Made by a program: the position numbers and the translations under genes. A DNA stretch of 63,543 nt, the filler included, from Stramenopiles sp. TOSAG23-6 (Eukaryota), in the NCBI GenBank assembly GCA_900128565.1. It is 11 parts of 11 records of this genome, joined end to end, with 100 filler letters (N's around TTAATTAATTAA, not from the genome) between each part and the next. Parts side by side here need not be neighbours in the genome. Positions count along the whole stretch, not along the records: positions 34,185 to 40,900 come from LT636658.1; positions 41,001 to 47,710 come from LT636659.1; positions 47,811 to 54,511 come from LT636660.1; 8 more parts are not named here. One strand, given 5' to 3'. Below the pieces are notes generated by a model, which was not told the origin of the DNA, did not search any database, and saw nothing but the letters and a program-made list of their open reading frames with translations. Below are positions 34,185-48,965 of the stretch, piece after piece; position 1 is the stretch's first letter, and every line of letters begins with the position of its first letter.

Positions 34185-37100
34185 GAGTATTTGATTCAAG
34201 TTTGTCATCCGGATTTAGTAGTGTCATATGAACAAGCAGCAGTAAAAGCAAATCAACGCGGGGATCCTTGTTTTATATGGAATAAAATGGCAGAATCGTC
34301 ACTGAGTATAAAAGGCCGAAAAGCAAAGGATTACAAGCAATTGTTTGATGATATTCGACCAAATCAAAATGAAGGAGGTCGTAGTTTCGCGGTAGAAGTA
34401 AAAAAGGGTGCGGAAGAGTTAATGCGATCAAATGTAGAACGTCGGATCCAACTGTCAATTAATCAGGTAGGAGCAAGCGAAAACGTAACAGAAAAGTCAT
34501 GTCTAGTGAATAAATTGGAAAGTGTGATAATTACAGCATATAAAAGTGCAGCAATAAGTGGTATAAATACAGCGGCAGTCCCAGTACAACTAGGACTCAA
34601 TTTAAAAGCAGACGAAGTAGAAAGAGATTTCAATTTTTTGTCGGCTGCAATTAAAGAAATAAACGGAAGGGAGGATGATAATGAAAGTGGAAGATATTTT
34701 AAAACAAAAGGTGGTACACCTTTCGTATCGAAAACTCCAAATAACAGTAAAAGTAAAGTAAATCGTTCGTTGAATGAAGTCATTGAAAAGGCAAAAGACG
34801 AATCATGGGAAAAAATAAAAGAGGGAGATGATGGAAAAGAAGATGATGGAAAAGACGATAAAAATATTGATTTAAATAAGAAGGATAACCGCGAAGAGAT
34901 AGCATATGGAACACTGAGTATGGGAAAGCAAAAGACACCAGGGCAGCACCGATTGATCTATAAACTATATAAGCAACATCAGAACGAAATGTTTCAGATT
35001 TTGCTGAAACTGGANAAGGGAAAGATCAATGTTTTCTCAGAAAATCCGAGTGAAGAAGCTGCGGCTATTAAAGTTTTGCCGCTACTAATAAGATTTATGT
35101 GGATCGAAGCGAACGATTATGAGTTACGTTTGCTATTGCAATATATTCCATCGATGAGGGAGGATCAGTTTAATTCGTATCAAGAGAAGCATAATATATT
35201 CGGAGCTCAGAATATAAGTGGAGCGGTCGGTTTTCGACTNCATCAAAGTGTGCANCTTCAAGCACAATATTATTTTAAAGCGTTAATGGTCATACCATAC
35301 ACAGAATGCTGTGACCAATTACACAAAGACCTTTCCTCGAGTGAAGGGCANGTNAATCAGCANGTTAGATATTTCGCGAAAACAGTAACTGGTATACAAT
35401 TATTTCATTTGACGTTGAATCAACTACATATTGCAAATCAATATGAAAAGTTCACTCCGAGAGTGACNAAACTGGCGAAATCAGGTTCTTTTGCACAGCA
35501 TGCCGCGCACCTCGCGCAAATGTCTGTATGTCAAGGAGCCGAATACAAGTTTGAAGCAGCATTGGCAGGAGTGAAAAGTCATTTCAGACCAAATGATAAT
35601 GGAAACAANAANAATGGTAAATATGAGAAAAATCGAAATTTAAGTACAACTAAAACGGGAATAAATCAGGATTCAATCTATGATTNGAGANGTAATATAA
35701 AATGGCAACGTGATTTATGGGAATCNGCGGTTCGAGAATTCAAAAGCGATGCTACATCTCAGACAATCGCTAACATGTGTTACAAATGTGGGGATGTGAA
35801 AAACGAGTGCCAAAGTGAAGGGAAATGTACAAAAGTTAAAGGTAAATGCGGTCATGTTATAGAAGCGGGGACACGGCAAGGGCAAGAATGTTCAGCCATG
35901 CACACGGAAAATATGCACAAAATATGGGCAAAATATAACGAGCTCAAGTGGAAACGNGTANATGAATTCAAACAGAAACGACGGGAAGGTAAAAATGTCA
36001 NGTGTAATGCAGAGGTAAATCCTAGTGATGATTCTTCGGAGTCTCAGTAGGTCCTTGTGGCGATGGGGGTGACACCTCAGCGTCACATGGAGAACATATT
36101 GGACACCGGCTCCAATACACCGGCGACGTCTACAGCTGAGGGTTTGACAAGTGTTCAAGCAACTAACGCAGACGTGAGAGGGATCGGCAGTACAGCAAAT
36201 TGCACATCAGAAGGGGTTCATAGTGGACTGGGATGTACTACATTAGTAATGCCATCGCTTAGAAGTAATGGAAAAGAAAAGGGAATTTTTCCACCATCGG
36301 CATTGATACCTAGTATTAATGTGAATGATAAAGGAAAGCAAGGGGTAGTGCCCTCAATAACAATGATGAATGGTAAGATATACGAGCAGAATGCTCGCAT
36401 TAAGGGAACAAAAGCAAACATTGAATTGCAATTAGAAAAGGATGAAATCGGTGAATGTAACAAGAATGGAATATGGGTTGTACATGATTTCAGAATGAAA
36501 GGACATAAACGTAGTCATATTATTTGTCATGCATCAACTGCAATGATAGTGGAAGATCATGAAATGACGCAAATTGAACAAGAACAGGAACGGGAAAAAG
36601 GGAATAAGAATTACATACCAGCGATCATGCATGTAGATAAATCCAATTCAATTATGGATCGAATCGGTATTGCTCATAGGAAATTGAATCATATGAGTGG
36701 ATCAGGTATGGCAAAGTTAGCAAGAGTTGGAAAACTTCGAGATTTCGGCATTAGTGAAGAAGATGTGATACATCTGGACGAATTTGACTGTCTAGATTGT
36801 CGCGTTGCCAAGGCTAGACGGAGACCAATGAGAAGGAAAATGAATAAAAACAGTAAAGAAAAATTAATGAAAAAAGAGCAATATGTAGGTAGAAAAGTGT
36901 ATTTCGATACAGCTGGACCTTTCCCTCTGAGCATCAGAGGAATGGTCTATAAAGGGGTAATGAAAGATTACGATACAGGATTGTCATTTGTAAAAGCTAC
37001 AAAAAGTAAGGCTGAAGTCAGAAATTTCGTAGTGGAAACACAGAAAACTTTCGATGCTAAATTGAGAATCTTGACAGGATTGAATAAAACTTTTAAGATT

Positions 37101-40100
37101 ATAGAACTTAAAAGCGACGCAGCAAAGGAGTTTATAGGGAAAAATGTGCGACGGGAATTCAACATTGGAGGAGCCGTCAGTACAAATACAGGAGGCTATT
37201 CTCACTCAAATCATACGGCNGAAAACGCGGTCGGAATAAACATGAGGGACACCAACGTCGAACTGACAGCTGGTGGGGCACCAGGGAATTTCTGGTGTCT
37301 GTGTGCAGAATATGTCGATCTAAAAAGGCGATACATTCCAACTAAGGATAAATTGGGTAATGAGTACAGGACGGCGATTGAGAGATGCGGCGGCCCTACT
37401 ACAGATAAGGAAACATGGGAAAAATTACATCCATTTTTTGCACCTACAATCGTTATAAAAAGGGGTAGTGATAAAAAGGATGTAGGATCAAAAGTCGGAG
37501 CAAATGCAGATGAAAGTGCCTTTTGTGGTTACGGCGAAAGTTTCGATGAAGTAATAGTATACAACTTCCGCAGCTTCATTCTTCAAAGGAGGAGTTGGCA
37601 GGATTGTCGAGTCATCAAAAATAAACAATTCCAGATNCAATGGAAAGCAAAAGTCCAACATTTATATGCCGTTGGTATCTTAGGTGAAGCTCGAATTGTA
37701 AATGGATTACATCATGAAGGTGACGAATTATTTTCACCAGACGATGTAATAGAGAAACGGGAAAATGAAAAAAGATTTGTGGAGGCAACAATCCTAAATA
37801 AAATGTATATGTTGCCACTACGAACCGAAGCAAAACCGAAAGCTATTAAAATAGAACAAGCGAATTTTGACAACTTTTGGTATGAAATTAGGGTAGAGGA
37901 TACATCTTTAAGTCCGTTNTTAGATGGTCATGTAAANGTAAAGTTCGATGATAAAATCGAACGNACAATNAAGCTCCCGTCAGATTTTGACGAAGATTCT
38001 CGGACGTTCTTGTTCAAACCAAAAGAAAGTCAATGGTTTCGAACAGCAGAATTAATAGAAATATCTGAATTGGAGGAGAAATCTAAATCGGAGGAGCAAA
38101 GTAAAATAAATGGAAATGTTNTATCCGATTCTTCCTCATTGGAGGAGAAGGATTATATGGAAAATGAAAAAGAATCGAAAATAGAATCGAAAATAGAAGA
38201 TTCAAAAATAGAAGAATCAAAAGTAAAAGATAAAGGTAGTAGTCCGAAAGTATTGCGAAGAAGTCCAAGATTTCAAGTAATGATGGCTGAAGTAAGTACA
38301 GCCGGTAAAATGGAAACGAGATTACAAATGAATTATACTCANAATATAATCTATGAATCAACGCCAGAAATTCATCTTAGAAAAAGCGATGTGTTAAAGC
38401 CACCAGGTGTATATGAACTCTTTACCAACTGCACAAATAATGTAACGTCAGTAGCTAAGAGCACTCGTACCAAAGTAGCAATTGCACTCCGAGCATCAAA
38501 AGATGAAATAAAAGCAGCAACGAATCGTAGAGCAGCAATATATACTGCATTCAGGACGCTGGAGAAAATAAATGTGAGTAATAATTCAATGAAAAGTATA
38601 AAACAAATGATAGAAAGTGAGCTAGACGCTTCAATTGATCAAAATGACCATTTGGACGCTAGTCACGCATTACAGATAAGCAACAGTTCAGTTATAATAA
38701 ATCCAAAAGATGAGAAACAAGTAATGTTGGGTAGTCTTTTATTCGAAGGAGGAGCAATAACTGCAATGTCAAATGAAGGTGTTTTTATACAAGACACCGA
38801 GATAATGGAAAATGATAGGAAATATAAAAACGAAATGTTAGAATCTTCATCAGATGAAGAAGAGGATCAAGATGCCGATGTAATAAACGGTATACATAGA
38901 GATTTAACGGTAAGAAGCAAAGTATTTGCAGAAACTCATCGAGCTAAATTAGGACCTGTGCGCGAAATGCCAGATCCACCGGAAAATAAAAAGCAATATA
39001 AGAGGTTAATACCTATATTTAGAAAAATGTTTGGTCTAGCGCAAGCAGACGAAATCTGTTCACTAATAAGAACAGGGGCAATTGAAATTGATCTATTAAT
39101 GAAACTCATAGAGAGATACAAAGGGAACTACAAGAAAATGACAAGTAAAATTGTAATGAAGATAAAATCGAATATAAACGGACAGTTAGATAAATGTAAG
39201 GCAAGATTGGTCGCGAGAGGATTCGCAATGATTAAAGGAATCGATTATACCTTTAGTTTTGCACCAGTAGCCAAAACTCTAACAATATTATTGCTATTGG
39301 CGAGGTTCGCACGAGAACGAGTCANAGCATTTGAAAAGNGTATAAAATGTATATGGAAAATGCGAACGGGAGACGTAAAAACAGCTTTCCTGAAAGGGAA
39401 ACTGGAAAAGTTAATGGAAATCATCCTAACACTACCTCATGGGTTGGATTATGATGCATTTAAAGCAACGCTAAAATTAGCAGGGTTATGGGAAAAAGAA
39501 TGGGACGATGAATCAGCTGGGCCATTGGCGATCAGACTGAGAAAATCATTATACGGGTTAGCTAACGCAGCATATCGATGGAATCGAGCGTTTGGGAAAG
39601 CAATTGCTGTAGCAGGATGGGTACCCACGAAAGTGGATCCCGCCACATATGTTTTTGACGAGTTACGCGAATGTAATACAAAAGATTGTAGGCGAATAAA
39701 AGATAAAGGAAATGGAAATGAAATTATGGATGAATTGGAAATGGAAACTGAAGTATGGTCATGCGGCTGTAAAAGATTAAGAGGGTTTATGCCTAGTCAT
39801 GTCGACGATTTTAAAATATTGTATAACGACGACGAGGTAATGGAGAGACTCGAAAGAGTACTCGAGAACAAATGGAGCGCTAAGGAGATTACATGGACTG
39901 ACTGTTCAGAGTCCTTTCTGTTTGTTGGTTTAGAGATAGTTATGCGAAAAGACGGTACAATTTATATTGGAATGGAATCTAAAATGAAAGATATAGTATA
40001 TGAATACGAAAATAAAGATTTGCACAAAATCGATTGGTTAAAAGGATGTTTTCTACCAGATGGAAAATTGAAGCCGCACGAGTTACCTTTACCGTCAGAT

Positions 40101-40900
40101 TTTGATAATGGAAAGTTTGGGAAAGACGAAGAAGCTTTTGAAGCACCGTTTAATTATAGAGCACTGATGGGAAAATTAATATTTCCGATCTGCATGTGTA
40201 GGCCGGATCTTGCGTATTCTGGAAATGCGATTGGTAGTAAAATGAATGATCCAGGTAAAAAGGATTATATAGCTTTGTTGCACGTAGCAGGGTATCTTAA
40301 GAAACACGGCGAAAAGGGATTAGTATATGGTAGAAAGTTTAATATAATTCAACGTTTAAACGTAGACGGAAGGATTGTAGAGAAATTATTGTTAGATCCA
40401 GATGCACCTTTACAGATTTTTGTAGATGCAGCTTTTTGTGGAGACGCGAAGGGAAGATCAGTATCGGGAACAATAATTGCAAGTTATGGAAGCATAATAC
40501 ACTGGAAAAGTCAACGACAAGGTAGCGTTGCATTAAGTACAGGTCACAGTGAATTAAATGCTATAATAACTGGCGCGCAAACAGGTATATGGTTGAGAAA
40601 TCTTCATATCGATTTTGATTGGAATGGCGGGAAGCCGTTGCCACCGTCAGATCTATATGAAGACAATAATTCATGCAAAGCACAATGCGAGCATGATACA
40701 AATTTCAAAGCGACAAGACACGTGACAACTAAGGTTCATTGGATGCGTGAGCACGTGAACGATCATACTTTTGATATATGGAGTTGTAGTACAGGGTTGA
40801 TGATCGCGGATATTGGGACAAAATATTTGGCAAGGATAAAGTTTCATGGATTTGTCAAGTATATGATGGGAAATCGGAAAATCAGGGAAATTAGATTTGC
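34185..40900 (+). mobile_element. Ty1/copia LTR retrotransposon internal region (LTRs not in contig)
   Basis: gag-like ORF to 36050; pol order protease (LDTGS), pre-integrase HxxLxH..CxxC, integrase (FDTAGPF), RT (KARLVARGF, KSLYGL, HVDD), RNase H (FVDA, EDN, ADIGTK). Confidence 0.95.
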
Positions 40901-41051
40901 NNNNNNNNNNNNNNNNNNNNNNNNNNNNNNNNNNNNNNNNNNNNTTAATTAATTAANNNNNNNNNNNNNNNNNNNNNNNNNNNNNNNNNNNNNNNNNNNN
41001 ACAAAATTTCGTACGAAAATAAATTCGAAATTGAAAAAAAATAAAACATAC

Positions 41052-44000
41052 ATTAACTCAATATCATGAGCAGCCTTCAATTGTAAAACATTTTGAATTT
41101 GACCTTGCAACAACATCAATTTCTTTATTAGTTTGTCCACAAATTGAGAATCTCTTGCCCGTTGATTATCGATGGATGCAGTTAATTTCTGAATTTCGTC
41201 AGTATTATCTGTAATGATGATTGATTTTTTTTCTATTTCTAGTCGATGCATTTTGTCTTCTATTGTAATTTTTGCACCCTTTTCATAAAGTTCTATTTGT
41301 GTTTCGAGGCATCGAATACAAATACGGATAGCATTTTCTTGGGTTATCATTTTCTTCTGCAGAGAGAGAGATTTTTCATGCTCCATGGCGAGCTGAGAGA
41401 CTAAGGCATCCTTTTCTTTTTCAAAGAGCAATTCATTGACATATGTGTTTTCCTTGAATGTTTCAGAGCTATGTTTGTGTAATCTTAATAATCTTGCTTC
41501 CCAATCTTTGTATTTGTGCTCATATACAGCGTCCGGGTGAGCGATATTAATAGATCCATGCTTCTGTTGCTTATCATGAAGGGAATAGTACATTGTCTTA
41601 TTAATCGATTGTTGCTTTTGTTGCTTTTCAAGTGGGGAATAATACATTGTCTTCAAATATATTTGCATACGATTTAGGTTAGTATTGACCTCATCAATGT
41701 GTTCCCGTCTTATGTCCGTTACGCGTTCTGACAAATAATCCTGCCATGATTGCTTTATCTGAACTTTATCTTCTTCATTTTCTAAAAATTGAATTTGCAT
41801 TTCTTTCAGAAAACATTCATGTAATGCAAAAAAAATATGTTAAATTCAAAATTTTTGTTAGATACAAATATTGGTACAAAAACAAATTTTGAATTCAATT
41901 TGAAAACGTACATATTTATGGCATATTTCAATGTACAAAAGAGACAATTCAGTTTCTTGTGAATTGATTCTATGCATATTAATTTGCATCTGCTTTATAA
42001 AAGCAGATTGCTTTACCCTAAGACTGTGTAATTTCAATGGACAATCTTTGAGTTGATCGGAAATTTTGGTGAATTCAATCATACGGTTCTTTGAATAACT
42101 TTGATCATTTATCAGTTGGACTTCCAAGTCTTCTATTTGTTTTTGTACCTCATATATATCCCTCTTAAATTGTACTTCTGATTTTAACACAGCATCTCTG
42201 TTGGAATTTTCACGTTCTGTGCAATCATCTTCACGTTGTCGCTTGCGTTCTTTTTCCGTGGCAATCTGTTTTTCATAGAAATGTCTCTGTTCTCCATGTA
42301 TCTGTTGCAGCAGTTCTGTCCATTCGGCCTGAAGTCTTTTAGTTACGCTTTCAATAGATTCTTTGCGCTTCCTCGCTTCTTCGATATACACTGATGTTAT
42401 CATTTTCTCCATATGACGTTCTTCTTTTATTGATAAAAGTTCGTTGCATTGGGCATTCTTTTGTTCATATTTAGAAATCTTTTTATCAAATAAATCCCTT
42501 TCCATTTTGGCAGCGAGTTCCTCCACTTGGAGGAGCTCGCATTTACTGGAGAGAACAGATATTGACCCCCCAGTGGCCAAGGTTTTCTCCAAATCATCTT
42601 CAACTGTAGCAAGACGTTTATTCACATCATCATGGGCATTTTTGAGCCTTAATAAATCTATTTCATTGGCACTCGTAAGCTGTGCTTCCTTTTTACTGAG
42701 TTCCTCTTCACTTTGTTGTAAATCATGCTCACAAACCGCCTGTTTCGTTTTGAATTCTTCACCCAATTTGGCACTAAAGTTGAACATACAAGTCTTACAT
42801 GCTGCAATCAGTTTCATATTTAATATTTTTTTATTTGCTCGCCGAAATTCATTCTCTGTTTTCTTATACTTTGCTTCCAGCCAAGTGAAATTATACTGTC
42901 GTAAAGTCTCAATAATTTTCTTATCATGGTGTAGTTTTTGAGCAGCTGTAAGCATTTGCTGCTCATGTCGATCCAGTCGACACTGTGAATCAATCAACAC
43001 TTGCTCAGATTGTGCTTGTGTTAGCTGCAGTTTTCTCAATTCTTGAATGCGTTGTTGTTTTTGTAAGTGTGCTGTCTCCAGCTCCTGATCATTCAAATGC
43101 GCACAACTTAAAAATTTATCCCGAAGATCATTGTTTTCAATATGCATAGACTGTATTAATTTTGCTTGTTTTGTGATGCAAACATCTAAAGCCGACTGTG
43201 CAGTATACTCATCATGCTTTAATTCTTTGGCCTTTTCTTCATATTCGTATTTTGCATTCATCGCATTCTTCACTAGACTGAGTTCTCTCGTAAGGGTTAT
43301 CTGCCTTTTCTCTTCCATCATCTTTTTTAAGTCGTCATCCTTTTTAGGATTTCGACTCACAAGTCTTTCGGATAATTTCATCGCTTTTTCTTGCTCAAGT
43401 TTACGGATAGCCTTTGAATTAGTATCTTGCTCGGCAGAACGTAATTCAATTTCCATTAATTGTAATGTCCTCCGCCATGCTGAATCAAGCAGTTTGCTTT
43501 CTTTGCTCAAGACTGGCTCTGAAGAAGACATTATTAGCTTTTCAACATCATCAGTTTTCTCGTAAATGTGATTTTGTCCAGTGATATCATTGGTAAAGTC
43601 TTCGCTTGTTTTCTTTGATTGCTTTTCTGATAACTTGATTTGAGTAATTTCAGATGTTGTATCTTTTTCATACTGGCAAAGTTCAAAACAAATTTTCTCC
43701 TTCTGAGAGTCAATCTTCCATTTGCGTTCGTTCAATACATTCCTGCGATGCATCGCATCCCTTTCGGCAGCAGCAAGATTTGCAAGAAACTCCTTTTGTT
43801 TCTGAATCCCAATTCTTCCTAATCTAATTTTCCATAAGGCTTTTATTTCTTTGTAAGCTTCGGATTTTGGTTCACAGCATTCTTTATCACTTTCTAATTT
43901 ACAAATTATCCCAATTTCATTTTGACTCCCCGCTTTTTGTATACAATCTTGGAGCTTAATGCGTTCGATACATTGACGTAATTTAGCATTGAAGCCTTCC

Positions 44001-47000
44001 CACAAAATCAGATTTTGTTTTTCTAATTTTACTTCTTGTTGGGCTATGTATTTTTCATTCTGCACTATTTTTTTGCGGATCATCAAAATTGTTTTCTGGA
44101 GTTTATGAGCTTTATTTTCTAATTGTATCATACTTTTTGCATGCCTTTCTTGTAAAATACATTCTTTTTTGCAAAGCTCAGTTACCTCATGAGAAGCCAT
44201 AGTATGATGTTCTTTTAGTTGGTGATTAATCAATAAAATTGCAGAATTGTTTTCCTTTACATTTAAGTCCATTTGAGTTTGGATCCGAGCAAAACGTCTC
44301 TCTACATTTTCGGTCATATTACGAAATCTGGTTTGCTGTGACCGTGCATTTTCTCTTGCTTTTACTTGCTGTGTATAAAAATCACTTTTATCTTTGGCGA
44401 TTTCATCTTCTATTTTTTTCATTGGGGTTATTAAATCTGTATCTTTGAAGGTTTTAGTTGCTTCCAACCGTTGCTTCATTTCGGCTCGTAGACTTTTTGT
44501 AGTTGTTTTACATGCCTCAATCTCAATTCTATGCACACATTTCATGATTTCAATATCATGTTTATAAAAATCCAGGTCGTTTCTCTCTGTCATTATAAAG
44601 CGTTCTCGATTAATCAGATTACTACATTGTAAAGATTTGAGTTTGATTCGTTCTGATTCAAGCTTTAGCAAATGGGCTTTGGAACGAAGAACTTTCATTT
44701 GTGCCATTTGCTTAGCCAACTTATCATTCTGAGCAATATGCAAAGCTTTCTGCTTTTCAACAAGTATCATGTATTCTGATTCACTCATTCCTTCTGTGAT
44801 TTCTGATTCACTCATTCCTTCTATGATTTCCGCGTTTAAGTCTGATTCACTCATTCCTTCTGTGATTTCCGCGTTTAAGTCTGATTCACTCATTCCTTCT
44901 GTGATTTCAGCGTTTAAGTCTGATTCACTCATTCCTTCTGTGATTTCCGCGTTTAAGTCTTTGCGATCGAATAAATTCTTTAACTTTGTATGCTCCTCTA
45001 AACTCTTCTGCAAGTCAAGTATTTTGTTGGTATTCTCTAGTTCCTCAATGCTATTTTTTTTTGCTAGTGCGATACATTTCTGTTGGCCTTTTTCAGCTCG
45101 TTTTGAAAGTTCTGTTTCTCTCCTCACATGATCTGCTTGAATTGATATAATCTTGTCAGAAAACTCCTTCACTTTCTTTTTACTTAATGTTTCTAGCTTC
45201 CCTTCCACAATGATCTTTCTCACAATCTCATTAATAGTTCTATTGTTTTTAAACTTGCTATTTTCTAATTGCAGAAGGCGATTTTCGTTTTCCTCAACTT
45301 TTTCCTGGTTGATATGGTAAAAAATTGCCTTTTCAGACATGAAGGACTGGTGTTTACCAACAATTTCTTGTTCTTGATTCTCAGCAACTAAACGGTTGAT
45401 ATATAACTCAAAACGAAGATTTAGTAATTGAATTTCAGCCTTTCTAGCTCCATTAATTGAACCAACGGTATCGAGCTTCTTCTGAAGTAAATTAATCTTT
45501 ATTTTGAGATTTTTCTCATTTTCCTTGTAAATATTAGAATCAATATTATCTTGAGTGTTTGTTTCCCTTTCGCGTTCACGTAACTGCTTCTGAAGTGATA
45601 ATAAAACACCGTTGTTCTCTGAGATATATTTTTTGAACTCAATGCGATTCCGCGGATCAAGTTCTTCCAAGCGCTTATTCCACTCGAGTTTCAAATAAGT
45701 ATCATTTCTACTTTTACTTTGACTTTGTATGGATACTTGAACATTACTTAAATCATGTTCTATTTTTTGAAGGTGTGACTGCCATGTTGAAAGTGCAGCG
45801 TTGCAAGAAACACTCATATTTGTTGCTAGATCAATTTGTCGCTGTTTTAGTTTTTCAAGCTTTTGTCTAATTTTCATGATATCCTCTTTAGCGGTTTTGT
45901 CTTTTCTCTCCAAAATTAAAATCTGGTTTTTCCATTTTAATTTAGGATCATTTACATTATCAATTAATTTCCCTATTTTATGTTGGGCTTGAATTATATT
46001 CTGTGGTATTCTACGCTGCATATCTTTCAACTCGTGTGATGTTTTCTCGGCTAAAACTATTGCTTGTCTAAGTTCAAGATTTGCCCTTTTTATGGATGTA
46101 TCTATGCTATCTAGTAAGTTCTTATAAGTATCTTCATTTTCTTTCAGTCTATGATTTAAATTATTCTCGCATGTATCGATACGAGATAAAAATGTTTTAT
46201 ATCGATCTTCCTTTATAAAAGCAGAAGAAGTCTCTATTTTTGTTCTTAGATACTTTATAATGAAAGTTCCAATCTTCCGACGGCGATCTGATTCCATTTT
46301 GCAAATATCAATTTCATTTTGCTGAAGACAATGCTGCCAGTTTTTATCCAGCAAGATTTTCTCTTGCTTTAGACGAAAAGTAAAAGCTTTCACAGAATTT
46401 TGATGTTCCAGTAAGTCATTTTCATTATCATTTTGGGCAATTTGTAAATAATACATTCGTTTCTCAAGCTGTTCTTTATTTCTTTTGTCAGAATGGGCAA
46501 GATGTTCCGCCAGATTATGAACTTCGCTAGCTAGTTGGTTTCCACGACTGACTATGGCAGCTAAGCGAAAAGACTGTGATTCTTTCTCTTGCATTTCATG
46601 AACTTTAATTGTCTCGTTTTCTTGCTTCATTTGGATGTGACTCCTTGACACTTGCTTCATAAAATTAAGGACCTTTTCATCTTCTACTTTTGCAAGACGC
46701 TGTTTCCACTGAATTTGCAATCTTTCTTCTATTTCCTTACTACTTATTTCTCGATCTTCTTGCTCCTGTCTTTGAAGCTCTAGTTCATGAGATACCAACT
46801 TTAGCCGCCACTTATTACACTGATCATCTCTTTCCTTTTGATGGATAGCTTCTAGCTCTTTTTCTTTTGCGAAATGTTCCTGTTCTTTACGCTTGCAATC
46901 GGCATCAAGAGTATCAAACTGCGAATCTTTCTGATTCATATTCCATTGGTACTCAGTCCATTTAGCGTGATGTGCTTTTTGTTTGGCAACGAGTGTTTCT

Positions 47001-47149
47001 TTTACTTTTAGTGATGGTACTGAATTATTATTTATCCTACTGACATTCTCCCAGAGACTCTGCATACTTTTATCATGTTGTACTTGCTTCTGCAGATGAA
47101 GGACTTCGTGTTTCTTCCTTTCAGCTAATATTTTCTTCTTGGTTGCCAA
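41052..47149 (-). CDS. Very long coiled-coil protein; exons to 41912 and 41818-41052
   Basis: 1763-aa and 283-aa ORFs joined in phase 0 by a family intron; start uncertain. Confidence 0.75.
41819..41911 (-). other. Family intron GT-AT
   Basis: TAT|GTACGTTTT...TATCTAAC...TTACAT|GAA. Confidence 0.75.
44775..44960 (-). repeat. 39-bp coding tandem repeat (DLNAEITEGMSES) x4 plus partial copy
   Basis: Visible in DNA and protein. Confidence 0.9.
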
Positions 47150-47544
47150 TAGTTTTAGTCCCTGTGTAGATATATCTTGTGCCTATTAAAACGTTTTGAT
47201 CACATGCAATGCTTCTCGGATTTCGCACCCAATAACACATTTTTGTGGCAATATCATAAAATGGTAACTTGATTACGTTCGAATCGCTTTCTAAACAGCC
47301 TCCAGAACAATCAAAATGAGCTTCGAGTGCTTTACACGAGTTTGTATATATTAGAGCTTCATTAACGCAATGTATTGTGAACAGTTTTGCAAAAAAGAAA
47401 AGTCTTTAGATACGATTTGTTTTTTTTTTTATAAAAATTTTGTACCTAACAAATTTTATTTGTTTTTAAGGATTTTTACGATTAGATTTTTTATTATAAG
47501 ATTTTCGTAAAAAAATAGGTAAAAAATGTATGATGAAAATATAC

Positions 47545-47652
47545 ATTTAATTTCAAAGTAGAGCATGTAATAGAACATGGTATACCATTGCCACCTTTAA
47601 TAACTTTTGTATTATCAATTGGTAAATATACTGCTAGAGGTCCAAATGAATA
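47545..47652 (-). CDS. Small internal exon between family introns
   Basis: YSFGPLAVYLPIDNTKVIKGGNGIPCSITCSTLKLN flanked by TACAT| and |GTATATTTT. Confidence 0.45.
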
Positions 47653-47889
47653 ATGTATTTTGGAAAAATATTTGAAAAAAAAACGTTAGGTACAAAATTT
47701 CGTATGAAAANNNNNNNNNNNNNNNNNNNNNNNNNNNNNNNNNNNNNNNNNNNNTTAATTAATTAANNNNNNNNNNNNNNNNNNNNNNNNNNNNNNNNNN
47801 NNNNNNNNNNAAAAAAATTAAATTCGAAATTTGTTAGGTACAAAATTTCGTACGAAAAAAAAAATTCGAAATTCATAATGAAAACGTAC

Positions 47890-48572
47890 TCTTGTTGAAC
47901 TTGTAAATTATCTGGATCTTCATCGTTTCCGTAAGAACCATTTTCTTCTTGAAAAACAACAGAATACATATTAGAAGATGAATTATATCCAACAACAACA
48001 CAAGGCTCCCATGATGCAGTTTGATTGTTTGAGCCTGTTATAACAAGTACTTTAGCTTTTGCTGATCCCGTTGCCGGATCGAGCCACTTAGAAGGTTCGT
48101 CTTTGTATTTTTCATACAAAACATCATCAAATGCAGCCAATGGCAAATAACTATCAGGTATAGGTTCACCCTCAAATGTACCATTAGAAAAATCAACCCC
48201 AACGGTGAGAAGCGCTTCTTCTATTGTAGGCTTGTACTCTTCAGATTCAGACTTTGTGTTAGGTGGACCAACGGCGAAGGCTATAGAAGTTGCCAATTTA
48301 TCAGGATGCTTTTCATCTGCTGCAATCCAAACAGTGTTATATGCCTCACGCTTAGCCCATACTTCTTCCGGTGTCGCCATTACTTCACTATCAGGCTCAC
48401 CTGGTTCAGTTATTTGCCCAAATACAGCATCTTTCCCACCAAAGGCAACATTGCCTGCTATTCCTTTCGTTCTGTTGTTTGTTTCTTGATTTTTGAAGTC
48501 TTCCAATATTTTATCGAAGCGACCTCGTTTAGGCCCTGATCGCTTCGTTTTCCTTCGGATTGNAGAAGACAT
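47890..48572 (-). CDS. Axonemal inner-arm dynein heavy chain (DNAH1-like) N-terminal exon
   Basis: YLPLAAFDD..EPSKWL..WEPCVVVGYN..MYSV resembles the DNAH1 N-terminus (recalled); ends at family donor 47889. Confidence 0.6.
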
Positions 48573-48965
48573 GTTTCACCACGGTGATACACAGTAGTTC
48601 AATGCACCTCGTGGAGAAAAAATGTTTTTAGTCTTCGTTTCTGAAGCTGTAAAGTATCTTTTTTTATGATGCGGATGTAACGGTTGTACCTATATCGCGA
48701 AGATATTTACTAATAATAATACTACGTAGTAAAATTCTATACGAATATTTAGCTACAGAATTTCGTACCTAAAAAAATACTATGTATTTTTGACAGCTGA
48801 TGAAAAATAATATCAGTCATCACTCATCATCGCGCGCGGAAGTGAAGTGTGTTTCATTCTTCTATTAACAGTTTATGTAAACAGCTCTTACATCGGATTG
48901 TGTGCAGGGTAGCTTAGGTAATATCACCCACGATTCGTTTCTGTAGTTTTTATATTTGAATAAAG

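Noticed and set aside
42444-45992. Short antisense and Phe/Lys-rich ORFs in the track
   Set aside because: Shadows of real genes or read-through of T-rich introns
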